A DNA stretch of 64,000 nucleotides. It comes from Toensbergia leucococca. Lineage: Eukaryota. How positions within the stretch are numbered: the stretch's first letter is position 1; every line of letters starts with the position of its first letter. The position numbers and the translations under genes were made by a program. Location of the stretch: contig JALDZS010000039.1 in NCBI GenBank assembly GCA_022813965.1, forward strand, positions 1 to 64,000, written 5' to 3'. The notes beneath the pieces are model-generated. The model had not been told where the DNA came from. It saw nothing but the letters and a program-made list of their open reading frames with translations, and made no database searches. Below, one piece after another: positions 1 through 11,606 of the stretch.

Positions 1-30
1 TGTGGGGGTGGGAGGGGTTTTTTTTTTGGG

Positions 31-61
<31 letters not shown>

Positions 62-518
62 GGGATGGGGGTGCCCCGAGGGGGAAGGGAGAAGGGGGAG
101 AAGATACGGGGTGTTTGTTCAGGAAATCTGGATGTGGACGGGACGTCTTTCTTATGGGGTTCCCTTCAAGTGCGGGGGTTGCGGGGGGTTGAGATTGGCT
201 CCTTTTCTTGTGGCGCCGGTTTGCAGGGGTGGGTTGGGGGGGGTGGAATTTTTTTTAATGATCGGTTTTTTGGGGGCCCGGGGCGTTTTGGAGGGGCGGG
301 GGGATGGAGAAAGGAGAAGAAATCGCTGCTGGCTCTTTTTTGGGTGCTTTGATTGCGGCGGTTTTTTTTAAGCTTTGGAGGGGTTTTGGGGGGGGGTGTG
401 GTGGTGTTGGTGTTGGTGTTGGTGGGGGGGTGAGGGAGGGTGAGGGAGAATGTAATGTGTTTGGGATTGGGGGTCTTGGGTGCGGGATGGAATGGGGTGG
501 TTGGATGGAGTTGGGTTG

Positions 519-1835
519 TTATCGCTCTTCTGAGCTACGATGGCTTTCTTTCTCTGCTTCTGGGGACGCTTTTTCGTTCTCCTCCGAGACCTCCGCATCC
601 ACCTCACCCCCGTCCTCCCCATCTCCATCCGCCTCACCCCCTTCCTCCCCATCCCCATCCGCCTCACCCCTTTCCTCCCCATCCCCATCCACCTCACTCC
701 CCTCCACTCGCCTTCCCCTCAAAACCCCGCCTTTCCTCTTCGGCACCACCCTCTCAAACGCCTCCCCCCACTCCCCCACCTCCAACCACCGCAGCATAAT
801 CTCCGCGACATGATTGGTCGCCAGCACAAACCGGCTGTTCATCAGCATGTAATCGCCAATCGGCAACTTTGCCGTTCGGAACCCATGGTCCATGGCTCTC
901 TTGTAGCAGATACCCTTGTACCGATTGCGATCCACAAGGCCGCCGATGATGTAGGTACTGTAGGGTCTCAACTCCGTAAGAGTGAACGGGCTGTCGCTGG
1001 TGAGATAGACGACCTCGCCCACCACCTCCTCCTTCTCCCCCTCAACAGGCTCAAAAACCCCAGCCAGCTTCCCACCCCCATCCCCGCCCATCCACCCCTC
1101 GGCTTCCGCCGCCGCAGCCACAAAATCCCCGTCCAGAAACCAGACCCCCTTCCACGAAAGATGATTCGCCGCCAACACGCCCTCGAACCTCTTTCTCAAA
1201 AGGCCGCCAAACGACGACACGGCGAGATGGGCCCGGAAGGGCGCTTTGTGGTTGTCGGAATAGCACCGCGTGACCTGCGCCGCCAGGGAGACGCGCTCCT
1301 TCTCCAACATCAGTTCGTCAAAGCCGCAGTCGATGATGAAGGTGATGGGCAGCTGCACCGGACGGCGGGAGTGAGACTTTTTGGCTTCTTCGGTGCTCCT
1401 TTGGGGAGCATCGATGACGCTGTTGGATGGACTGGGGATGGAGGAAAGGAGGGTCTGTTCGCGCGCGGTGCGCTTGCGGAGTTTTTTCTGTTGAAACTTC
1501 TCTTTTCGTTTGGCTTTTCGGCTGCTGCGGCTGGCTTCCCAGTCTTCGTGGCGCTTTTGCTTTTTGAGCTGGTTTTTGGAGAAGGGGGGTGTGGGGAGTT
1601 CTTGATGAGGCTGGGGAGGTGGGATTACTTCGGTGGAGGGGAGGGTTTGGAGGGCTTTGAGAGACTCGTCTTGGGTTTCATGAACGGGGTTGGTTCTTTG
1701 GGGGTAGTCATCTGGGCTCAGATTGGCTGCATCTGGCATTTTTGAGAATGCTCCATTTGTAGGACTGCTTTTTTGATTTTCATTGATGTTGGGGTCCAGT
1801 CTTGGGATCTTTGAAGGTCGCTCTTCGGCCTCCAT
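519..1835 (-). CDS. TRM10: tRNA (guanine-9-N1)-methyltransferase Trm10
   Basis: Intronless ORF from MEAEER. SPOUT Trm10 motifs [45 protein letters not shown] and VPKRK; acidic repeat tail. Confidence 0.95.
   Translation of the reverse strand: MEAEERPSKIPRLDPNINENQKSSPTNGAFSKMPDAANLSPDDYPQRTNPVHETQDESLKALQTLPSTEVIPPPQPHQELPTPPFSKNQLKKQKRHEDWEASRSSRKAKRKEKFQQKKLRKRTAREQTLLSSIPSPSNSVIDAPQRSTEEAKKSHSRRPVQLPITFIIDCGFDELMLEKERVSLAAQVTRCYSDNHKAPFRAHLAVSSFGGLLRKRFEGVLAANHLSWKGVWFLDGDFVAAAAEAEGWMGGDGGGKLAGVFEPVEGEKEEVVGEVVYLTSDSPFTLTELRPYSTYIIGGLVDRNRYKGICYKRAMDHGFRTAKLPIGDYMLMNSRFVLATNHVAEIMLRWLEVGEWGEAFERVVPKRKGGVLRGRRVEGSEVDGDGEERGEADGDGEEGGEADGDGEDGGEVDAEVSEENEKASPEAEKESHRSSEER
596..705. repeat. 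30-bp coding tandem repeat (~3.5 copies) in the TRM10 3' end, encoding ([10 protein letters not shown])n
   Basis: Units such as gcctcaccccttcctccccatccccatcc recur with a 30-nt period at 601, 631, 661 and 691. Confidence 0.85.
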
Positions 1836-1924
1836 ATTAGGGTTCTGCTCTCGTTTGATGATGCTCAAAACGAGGGAGGTTGAGCATGGGTTCTCGTATG
1901 ACGTTCGTTTCCATTTTGATAGAC

Positions 1925-1948
1925 TTAGAGTTAGGGTTAGGGTTTGGG
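1925..1948 (+). repeat. Short interstitial telomere-like tract TTAGAG-TTAGGG-TTAGGG-TTTGGG upstream of TRM10
   Basis: Read directly; lies ~90 bp upstream of the TRM10 ATG. Confidence 0.7.
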
Positions 1949-2319
1949 CTACTAGTGTGCTAGTTTATCGCTATCCGATCCCCATGCCAAGCTAGTAGTA
2001 TGGTGTATGACGAATCGAGGAAGATCTACATTGAAATTTCAAAATCCGTCCTTCGTTCCCATGAACAATCAATAATGCAAAGAATTCCATCTCACATTAT
2101 CGCACATGACCTGATGCTGCACACAGTCTTAATGAGGATCTCATACTTCACGGATTCCGAATTTAAAGTTTTCGATTGCTCCGGGGTTTAAATCCCGCAA
2201 ACGTGTTCCTTGTCTGCCGTGCCCTTTGCTATCAAATATTGAATGCACATAATCTCCAAGTTGAATCCATTTCTTCAAATCCAAGGGAAACACCTGATTC
2301 TCTGTCCGAGCCTGCTCGA

Positions 2320-3036
2320 CTAACGCACCGCCACATCTATCCTCATCCACATTCCCACATGTAAAAGACCCTCCTCCCACCACTCCCCCATGCCCTTATC
2401 CGTCACGAAGCCAATTCTCCCCCAAAACCCCTCAACCGTCTTCTGCGCATGCACAAGCACTAACCCATCCCATTCAAGCTTCACTTTGCTTGCCGCTCGC
2501 CCAAGAGTTTCTCTTCCCTCCCTCCGCATCCACTCCACCGCCGCACTGACCAGCAACTGCCCAACCCCCAGCCCTCTATACTCCTTCAACGCAGCCAGCC
2601 TTCCCAACTTGACATACCCCTCCCTTCCATCCCACATCTTCGCGACATCCTCCCCTCTCTTGTCTCCTTCATTTCCTTCCACTAGACCGGTGATTTCAGG
2701 CCCCACATCTCCATGGCCACCTTCCTCATGAAAATGCGCATCCCGCAACGGCGGGACTAATCTTATCGTTCCCACATGTCTCTTTTCTCCGACCCCTGGG
2801 CCATCAGTATACGCAACCCAATGCCAGCTTCCCGCGTCGTCATCGTCCAGTTCGTTCTCGGCGGGAACTTTTTGTTCGATTACATAGACGGTGTGGCGAA
2901 TTGAGTGGGCGTCGTTGAAAGGATGGGTGGATTGGGAGGGTGTGAGTGGGGATGAGCGGTTTTGCTGAATTGTGGAAATAAGATCGGGACCGGGTGGTGG
3001 AATGAGCTCTATGGTGATGGAGGATCTGGGAGCCAT
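2320..3036 (-). CDS. GNAT-family acetyltransferase (ElaA/YjcF-like)
   Basis: Motifs IRHTVYVIEQKVP, VGTIRL, KLGRLA..KEYRGLGVG (acetyl-CoA binding motif A), VHAQ..VEGFW...GF, EEGLLHVGM. First ATG at 3036. Confidence 0.88.
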   Translation of the reverse strand: MAPRSSITIELIPPPGPDLISTIQQNRSSPLTPSQSTHPFNDAHSIRHTVYVIEQKVPAENELDDDDAGSWHWVAYTDGPGVGEKRHVGTIRLVPPLRDAHFHEEGGHGDVGPEITGLVEGNEGDKRGEDVAKMWDGREGYVKLGRLAALKEYRGLGVGQLLVSAAVEWMRREGRETLGRAASKVKLEWDGLVLVHAQKTVEGFWGRIGFVTDKGMGEWWEEGLLHVGMWMRIDVAVR

Positions 3037-3368
3037 ATAGTTGCACCTGAGGGACGAGGGGGTTTTCAGATGAGGAGACCTAGACAGAAGAAACACTTCG
3101 CAAAAAAGAAATTGCAACAAATTCAACTTCAGACATTAGATTGCTATCGTGAAAGTGACCACATATATACAGAAAAGCACCGAAATGCAAAAGGCTCTTG
3201 AATCAGAAATCCTGACTGCCCGTATGAAATCCCAGTGGCTCGCCTCAGTCTCGGTGGCTCTGAGATTCATTCATGCCTATTCTAAACCCAAACGAGCCTA
3301 GCTCCATCGTCAATCACCCAAACCTCACCCCAAGCTTCGCTCTCACTTGATACCCAACCTACGGAATC

Positions 3369-4073
3369 ATGGCTCAAGACCTTCCTCCAACAGGCGGGTA
3401 CGACCCAATTCAATACAAGGTAAAAGCTCCCCCTCCCAACCCATCCCAACCCACTCCCTCAAAAACACCACTAATCTCCCCCCCCCAAGCGCAACATCCC
3501 CGCGCGCGGTTTCCGCCCCTCCTACTACCTCCTAGCCATGGGCGTAATAATGACCTACGGCTTCTACAAACTCGGAAAAGGCATCCGAGAGCAAAAGTAA
3601 AACCCTCTCCAACCAAATGTCAATCACCTGTACCTCTCCACTTCCCCTCCCAAACCAACCCCCTCCCACTAAGTCCAAGAAAATTGTTGAGTGTCAAAGA
3701 AAGGCTGATTCGATACTTGATGGAACGCTAGTGAGCTCGCGCGCGAAAAAATGTGGTCGCGGATCCATTTGATACCGCTGTTGCAGGCGGAGGAGGATCG
3801 GGATTTGGTGCGGAGGGTTTGGGCGGATCGGGAGAGGGAGAAGACGTTGATGGGGACGGAGACGAGGGTTTATCACAGTGATAGGTATGTCTGGGTTTGG
3901 TCTTTTTTCGTCTGCGGGGAAGAAGATGGGGAGAGGATGATGAGGCGGAGGGGAAAGACAGAGGAGGAGATTTAGGAGTGAGGGGGTTCGTGGGAGTGGT
4001 GAGCTGACTAGGTTGGGATTGCAGGTTTGTGCGTCCTACGTATGCGATTACGCCGCAGAATACCTCGAAGTAG
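3369..4073 (+). CDS. NDUFA13: NADH:ubiquinone oxidoreductase subunit NDUFA13/GRIM-19 (B16.6), 4 exons
   Basis: Spliced product MAQDLPPTGGYDPIQYK|RNIPARGFRP...GIREQNELAREKMWSRIHLIPLLQAEEDRD...YHSDRFVRPTY; three GT-AG introns with branch sites. Confidence 0.93.
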
Positions 4074-4294
4074 ATATTTTGGTTGGGAAGGGTTTGTCGA
4101 CGGAATGGTGGGGCTGTAGGTCGTCGCTAGCGCTGTATATACGCGTGGAGAAATGGTTGCTTTAAACCCGATTTCTACGTGCTCAGATGCCTCAAACGGT
4201 AATTTGAACCGTTCCTCAGAATACCAATATATCTTCATCGACTAACGGGCTTGGCCAAAAACCCCAAATAATCTGATATCAATAAATCGTTCAA

Positions 4295-7200
4295 TCACCC
4301 AAACATATCAGCAACGCCCCCAAGATCCGGGCTTCCTTTCTTTTTCTCATTCGACTGCACGTCAACTGTCATATATCGCTCTTGCATGGCCGACCTGACC
4401 TTCTTCGGGTCCGCCTTTGCAATCTTGCCTTGTTCGCTAATACTAATCCCCCTCAGCCCATCGAGAAGGTCCAGAACCAAAGCTCGCTGCTGTCGACTAT
4501 TGCTTTGAGCCTTCATCAGTCGAAGCACAGCCCAATCGACCTTCTCCGAGGTCATTTCCGGTAATGATAGTAGGATCTGCCGTGGTGTGTCGGTCCGAGC
4601 CGAGTACATGATGACTGTAGTCGCTATGAGTTGCGCGAGATCTTTTTGTAACTCTACAAAATAGGGGTCATGAAGCGAGGTTATGCAGGCTTTGAGGATT
4701 TCTGTCGAGATGAACTCCCGTACATCGACGTCGATAGTCGTCGTGCCGATGAACTCGGAAACGAGGGAGCGTAGCACACGCGTAATAAAAGAACAAGATC
4801 GAGTGTCCCGCATTCGAAGTGCATGTGTGCAGAAAAGAATGACTGGTTTCAAGATTTCCGGATTCTGCAGGATGAACGAACGCATGGAAGCATCTGTACT
4901 ACAAGTGGCTTTTGTGGAATCGTCTGAGCTAACTTCCAGTTGAATCTCTGGTTCTGGAGGATCTATTCATTCTCAGCTCACAGGCGTCAGAAATGAAACA
5001 GCCCGAGTGACTTACTACTTCTTTGTGGATCTAAAAGGTTCACTACCATCATGACCGAAGTGAACGTTAATTGTCGAAGGATACTTTCGTCTCTCATTTC
5101 ATCGGCGAGGTTGTCATCTTCCAGAGCAACTCTGTTTCGCTCCTCAATCTTATTCCACTCGGCACTAGCTTTGCGATCAAGCTGAGTAAATAGACCAGCC
5201 AAGATTGGAGGAAGAAAATGACTTCGTGAAAGAATTGGACAATTCTCAATGATTTGTCGCACCATCTCCACCAAGATAGCCAGTTGGTGCGTAGAAAGTG
5301 CGCAGGCGTTAGTGAATAAGGCATGCGAAAGAGGCCCAGGCAGCTCCTGATAACTATAAAAGTGCTCGCCGAGAAGACTCATATAGTACAACAATCTGTA
5401 TGCAGTTTCACGGACGGCTCTAATGGTAGCGCGTATGGACGACGCAAAACCTTCGAGGGTGACTCTAGTCCCGCCGACTCTCGCATAGAAGTCATCTCGG
5501 CTTCCGGAAGAAATGCCAACTTGCCAGAACCGATCTGTCAAAACTCGACGAACAGTGCTGCCCATATCCGGTGGAAGGCTTGACCAATTTGAAGAATCGT
5601 AAAAAGAATGTGCATAGCTATTGATTCTCAACTTCCAAGCCTTCTTTTTGGTGAGCAATCCAAGCATACCTGATGAGCTGCAAGATATTTGGTAGAATTA
5701 TAGGTATGTTCTTGTGCCAAAGCCTACAGGCCATACTATAAGGCCGCGAGCCAAGATCCATCTTCTCGACGCTTACGCTCAAAATCGTCTTCGTAGACCG
5801 TAAAGGAAGTCGCTGGTCCTTTGTAAGTCCAATTAACCGCAACGATAATAGAGTATGAACTGACCTCAAGAGCATCTTGCATCTGTGATTGGATTGATTT
5901 ACCTTCGTCGTCCAAGGGATGTGAAGACCAATCCGGTATTCTGTGCACATTCCTGGCGGAAAGATATTTTTGTATGTTTCCCAAGCCAAGAAGCTCGGAA
6001 AAGCCTTCAAATGAGGAAAGCGAGTCACTGAGTTCACTGCTCTGCCATTGTCCTACTATTGGGTGTATGAAGCTTTCAAGTCGTGCCTCACGCGGCTTGG
6101 GGTCCATAGTAGTAGCCCGATGTCTACAAGTTTACGTCAGTCTAGTGCATGGAGGAGCCCTTCATCTCTACTCAATATACTAACATAATGATGAATAGTA
6201 CAGAGGAGTATCTCATTCGGGTTTGCTCATCCAGAGCCACCGTGTGACACAGGTCACTGATCTTGCGCTCCAATTCATCATAGACCGTCTGCTCAGGGTT
6301 AGGGAAATTGCTGTTCATTTGCAAGTGAGGAAGACCTACGATAAGTTGATCAGGGAAGCGTATGGCGAGCCGTTGTAACTGGTGAAAACAGAAGCCTTGG
6401 AGTTCCTTGACCGCATCACTATAAGCATTGTAATTTGGCTCATCATAACAACTCGTCTCGAGAATATGTTCAAAAACTTTGAAGGCAAATTGTGACTTTC
6501 GTTTTAAAGGTCCTGTGGCGAATTCACATGCCAGCTGAATGACACGCTCCTTGATCAAGGGATCCTGGGTATTGTGAGTCGTCTTCGTTATGAACGCACT
6601 GCAGCGCATACCTCAAATGTCAAACGAAGTAATCGATAGCACCAATTCTCAAGATTTGAAGTCATGACATCCTGCTCGTGTTCCTGGGACAGATTAGCGT
6701 TGAGATTCCATGAGTCTAAGGGCGAAAGTACAGTCTCGTGATTGCCCTGGAGAGACAGCCATTTTGCGAAGCCTTTCAATGCGGCCTCCATTACTGAGAA
6801 GTGTGCATCTAGTCTTAGCAGGGGAACAGAAGTCTTTGAATAGTCATGAGCTTTAAGAAGTTAGCTTTTGGTTGTTGGTGAAGAGAAAGAGTGCAGTCAC
6901 CTTGAAATGCGGGCTGTCCATCATACAAATGATCGAGAATGTGATCTGCCTGTCCTAAAATGTGGTAGAGACCGTCGATAGGCTGTTTTTGGACGATGAT
7001 CTCCACCACTTCTTTGCAAAACCTCTTATAATTGCCCAGAAAAGCATGCCGTTCAGGCGTCGTATCGACGTCTTCGTTGAGGAAGATGATGCTTGGATTG
7101 CTAGAATCATCTGGCAAGGCCTCATATCGGACAAGGCGTTGACTGCAGATCTCGAGCAAATCGCCAATAAGACTAGTCACTGCAGGAGAACTACCAATCG

Positions 7201-8552
7201 TCTCTGAATGTAGAATCTTGACCCATATATGCAGGGCTGGTATTGATACATGAAGGCTCTGGCTTCTTACTATGCTCAGTAGGAGCTGGAAGAAGCCTGC
7301 TAGATCGGTATCATGAAGTATCATGGAAGGTCGTTCTTCTAGAAGCCTACCAACGTTGAACATCATCTTCCCAGTGTTCAGCATACAGTCACTAGTGATG
7401 CTGATTGTGTCTTACCTCTGAGAATTTCTTTGATATCAGATATTTATCCTCTTCGATGTTTGCACTATCAACGACGGACCATTCGTAGAGTCTTTGGAGC
7501 AACTTTATCGTCTCAACTCTGTACATTGGAGATACTAGGTCTCTGAAATCATCATCTGTGAACCGCGATCGTGTGTACAGAGCGCACAGGGCGTCGACAG
7601 CAGCCTATCAGTTGCGTCAATAGAAGTCCTAGAGTATCGTAAAGGCAGTCTGTATAAGTAAGCTCACCAGTTGTATTGACAAATTAGAAACTGCTAAGCA
7701 TTCGCATATCCGCTCTACGCAGCGGCTTGTAACTAATGCTCTGGGAATGGTCCATCCAATGACCGACTTCAGCGTAGACATTGCCTTTACAGCACAGATT
7801 TGGCGCTGTTCTTCGTCATGCTTACTGTTACTACACCAGTCAAGCACATTTCCAATGCGAGACAGCCATCCTTCTTCGCCATATCTGACGTTTATATTTG
7901 TCTCTCTGGTCGGGAAGTGCTCAATAAGCACTGCCGCCGGTGTAAAGATTTCTACACAGGCCTTGTTGAGGTCAGTACCTCGTAGGCTAGCAGCAGTATC
8001 CTCGTGCCCGAAAGTGTCATCGGAGAGGGTCTCTAGAATGGTGAGCACTAGCTCTTTCTTGACGACTGAATCGCTCCACATTTCGACAAGAAGCTCGTCC
8101 ATGTTCATCCAATCGAGAACCCAGCTTCTCTTGGCTGTTTCCACCCATAATTGAGCAATTTTATTGCGGATGAAGAGAGGGTCTTCATGTATGACATGTT
8201 GGGAAAGGTGCAGAACCCAGTTCCGTAGGGCTGTACTTTGCTCAATAGTATAATCGGTCCATCTATAGCATATGGCATACTCCAACAACGAAAGTCCATA
8301 GTGGCGTATAATAGCAGGCTGGGATTTTGCTGATGCAAGAGCGAAGCCGTGATATGGGGCCTCTTGGCCAGACCTGATTTGCTCGAGGTACTCAGATGCT
8401 TTCTGCCGTATGGAATTAGATGATCGAGGGTCGTGTATGACCTCAAGGGCTTGGAGGATTTGACTGTCAATATCGGCCGAAGCAGTGTCGGCCCCATGAT
8501 CATAGACTCCATTTGCAGCTGAGACATCGGAGACATTCCCAGCCCCGTTCAT
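4295..8552 (-). CDS. MSN5: Karyopherin Msn5/exportin-5 (multi-exon)
   Basis: Importin-beta N-terminus (ALEVIHDPRSSNSIRQKASEYLE, RHYGLSLLE, FIRNKIAQLWVE), HEAT-like helical exons, DRFWQVGIS and C-terminal QQRALVLDLL; several collinear minus-strand ORFs joined by introns. Confidence 0.88.
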
Positions 8553-8997
8553 TATGAGGGATTTCTGCCACCAAAGATCCGTCGATATATTAACGGCTGC
8601 CTCCTGTGGATGTCTTGATATTCTGACATGGGCATGATCCAGTCAATTATCTGTGCTCGCCTGATTTGTCATTAATTCGAATCCTATGATTATGAATGAT
8701 GTCTGACGAGGCTTTCCAAGCAAGCAAACACTTTACTTTTACACAGCAGCTGATGCAAATGGGCGTGGATTCGAGTACTCCAGTGCTAAATTTGTGTCTG
8801 TTGCTTTTGCTGTGTGAATCTAGATGATGTTCAAAATGGATTGTGACTCCTCAGACTGCGATAGGAAGAAATTGACCAAGCTGACTTGTGATTGGCTACG
8901 ACGGCACCAACGGCGCCTAACTATTGATATTTGAGATCGCGAAAGGCGCACGCTGTCGTGTGACGCGGTAAATCTCGCCAAGTGAGAAGACTTTCAT

Positions 8998-9546
8998 ATG
9001 CATTCAGAATTTAGTTTTGATGTGTACCTACTTTCACTAAATGTACTGACTCTTGACTCTTGGATCTTGGACCTTTCAATCAGCAATCACAACCTGCTTG
9101 TTTCCATTGTATGAATTTGTCTATAACTTTAAATAAACGCTATTATCACTTCTTTCTGCAACTTTCTACCTTCTTTCACACCCTGATTCTTAAACCGCTT
9201 TTTAACAGTCTGTCTCCCAACAATACCCCTTGAAATGTTTGAGAAAGCAGACACCCTTCAAAGTCTAAAGAATGTTACAATTAAAGAAGCACACACCTGC
9301 AAATCAATTAAATATTTGATGACATGCTCTGAAACATGTGAGTCGTCTTGACAATTTTGAATAAAGAATGACGTCTTCATATCCGTGAAGGTGTGAAAAT
9401 GCTCTCTTCTTTTTGTCTTCATTGACAAAGGGGTGAGTGAGTGGCACCGCCAATTCTATTGGTCCATCCGTGATACAGATGAAAAACTTGGGGAGGAAGG
9501 GTGGCAAACATATCAAGAGAGGCTTGAATGGAATTTGTTCAGCTAG
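8998..9546 (+). pseudogene. Possible decayed ORF or mobile-element relic (AT-rich, CpG-depleted)
   Basis: Frame from ATG 8998 reads protein-like but has 7 internal stops (5 TGA, 2 TAA); only ~7 CpG in 600 bp. Confidence 0.3.
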
Positions 9547-9724
9547 TAAGTACCTTGGGCAGTATTTCAACAAAAGCATGTGAAAGACTATGATTTCATT
9601 TCAAAGTTTCGCATACCATACCTATGTACTAGTATTTCGAGGTTCGAATTAAAATGATCCAGCGCATGTTCCCCAGCCCATTATACGGAGAACAACCCAA
9701 CGAGAACCACTTATTTCACGCCGC

Positions 9725-11359
9725 TCATTGCGTATAGCAATACGTACTAAAGCAACCGGTACACGCACTCGGCAATGCATCTCCAGTCTTCATCATAATG
9801 GCGCACCCCAAGCAAGTCGGCCACATCGGGTCGTTATTCTTGGAAGCGACCAGTGCACCGTTCGAGATCATCGCCGCAGTATCAGACTCACTGTACTCTA
9901 ATTTGGAAGTGGGCTCGTTGCTAGCGAAGGAGTAGGCCATATTCGGGATATAGACGATGGTGGTCTTTGTAGAGTCGCCGCAGCCGAAGAAAGTGGGGCG
10001 CTGATTGAGACCCTCACTAATGAACGTTGCTACGGGGGGGATGAACGGCATCTTGGTCAAGCCGTCTGATTGGGCTTGAACGTATGTGTTCAGGATTTCG
10101 CTGCCGTTGGGGAAGTTATTGGATGTGTCCGCTGAGTTGTCATTGACAATTATAACATTGACGGTTCTTGCGGGCTGGATTAGTGGCCAGATGGGGTTAT
10201 TTTGATTCGCCTCCCCTCCATCGACGAGGTCAAGTTCTGTCACACCTTCAACGAGCGAGGAGTGTGGATAATTGTAGAACGGATTTGGGTAGACTGCGTA
10301 CAAGTCACGGGTGCTGAGAGAATGTGCATTGCTAAGAATAGCGGCTAGGTCGTCTTCTATGTTCGATGTCGAGTTCGTTGCAGTCGGTAGAATTGTGCAT
10401 GCCTCGTTAAAGAGTGTACTAGATGTACCAAGCACATAGCCAAGATTGTCGTAATTCTCGGTGCAAGTACTTTTTGAAGGTACACCATCACTCAAGGACG
10501 TTCCAAGATACTTAGTAAGCGTAAAGGCATTGACGCCGCTGTCCCAACTGCCAAACTCAAATGGACTGAATTCATACTGAGTTGCGTTCGGGCCTGGCAA
10601 ACACTGCCCTTGGAAAGTGTTGACTCCGAGGGAAGTGATAATCGGGAATGGTACACTATAGCTTGTGAAATTCGACTCGGTAGCGATGCTAGATAATGTT
10701 TTGCTGACACCTCCGTCGTAGCCATATAGAAGTTGGTATGATAGGAGTCTTCCCCATGGATCCGTGAGAGTCGGCGGAAACCCAGCATCGTTTTTTGCAA
10801 CAATGTCGTCTGTTACTTCGGCGTATGCTACGGTTGCTTCAAGCAGATTGTCTGGTATCAGGAGACTATCTTGGAAAGCTTGCTTCCATAGTCCATTCTC
10901 CAAGGATGAAATGGTGGGATAGTTGTTGCCTGCAAAAGAAGAGAGAAGCCATGCCCCTCCTGATAAGCCAGCCTGGTATGTGAGACCTTGAAAGACGCCA
11001 CTAGTGCCAACATTGCTGTCACGCGAGTCAAAGCCTTGGATGACTCCAGCGCCAACCAGTAAGGAGCGATAGCCGCCACCACTCGTCGTCAATGCCACGG
11101 TAGGCATGTTGGCCGTGCCAAAGCCTGTGTTCGTCTTTTGAAGCCATGCATTAAGCGCAGCTGCCGCAATCGGCTTGCGACTGGCAATATAGCTTGACTC
11201 GGAAGCGGAAAGAGAGGTTGCAGGGCGGACTAACGGCGTGGTCGGGCAGGCCGCTGGGACAGGATCATAGCCTGATAGTAGTATAGGTATATTAAAGGGA
11301 GCTGGGCGACCAGCAACCCAGCACGGCAGTAAGCCGGCAATCAAAAGGCTAACCCACAT
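9725..11359 (-). CDS. Secreted lysophospholipase/phospholipase B (PLA2_B/PLAc domain)
   Basis: Signal peptide MWVSLLIAGLLPCWVAG; SGGGYRS (Arg), GLSGG (nucleophile Ser), LVDGGE (Asp); Cys-rich C-terminus with no GPI-type hydrophobic tail; intronless. Confidence 0.95.
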   Translation of the reverse strand: MWVSLLIAGLLPCWVAGRPAPFNIPILLSGYDPVPAACPTTPLVRPATSLSASESSYIASRKPIAAAALNAWLQKTNTGFGTANMPTVALTTSGGGYRSLLVGAGVIQGFDSRDSNVGTSGVFQGLTYQAGLSGGAWLLSSFAGNNYPTISSLENGLWKQAFQDSLLIPDNLLEATVAYAEVTDDIVAKNDAGFPPTLTDPWGRLLSYQLLYGYDGGVSKTLSSIATESNFTSYSVPFPIITSLGVNTFQGQCLPGPNATQYEFSPFEFGSWDSGVNAFTLTKYLGTSLSDGVPSKSTCTENYDNLGYVLGTSSTLFNEACTILPTATNSTSNIEDDLAAILSNAHSLSTRDLYAVYPNPFYNYPHSSLVEGVTELDLVDGGEANQNNPIWPLIQPARTVNVIIVNDNSADTSNNFPNGSEILNTYVQAQSDGLTKMPFIPPVATFISEGLNQRPTFFGCGDSTKTTIVYIPNMAYSFASNEPTSKLEYSESDTAAMISNGALVASKNNDPMWPTCLGCAIMMKTGDALPSACTGCFSTYCYTQ

Positions 11360-11480
11360 GATTGTAGGAAAAAGTTGGGAATGATTCGAGGATAGAGAGA
11401 AAAGAAAATAAGTGAGAAGGAGGGAAGCTATATACGAGTCATTAGGGAAGAGATAGAATACGTAAAGACATTTCCTACTA

Positions 11481-11606
11481 CACGTGGGTGTAGCAAGTCG
11501 ACCTCGACAAAGAGAAGAGCAGGTAGTGCTTCAATCAAACCCTCACGGAGACGAGAGCAAGAAGGGTAAATTGTAGCGATAGCACCCATTGTTGACCCCG
11601 CACGTG
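11481..11606. promoter_or_regulatory. Two CACGTG E-boxes upstream of the phospholipase B gene (candidate Pho4/NUC-1/PalcA sites)
   Basis: CACGTGGG at 11481 and GCACGTGC around 11600-11607, about 120-250 bp upstream of the ATG. Confidence 0.45.

Noticed and set aside
1..520. ORFs in the G/T-rich left edge (2..352, 60..371, 304..813)
   Set aside because: Low-complexity homopolymer-rich DNA beyond the TRM10 stop; no domain motifs.
540..1745. 401-aa + strand ORF overlapping TRM10
   Set aside because: Antisense shadow of a GC-rich gene; no recognisable motifs.
8670..9655. TTCGAATCC (~8677) and GGTTCGAAT (~9641) tRNA T-loop-like words
   Set aside because: No T-stem, acceptor stem or cloverleaf around either site.
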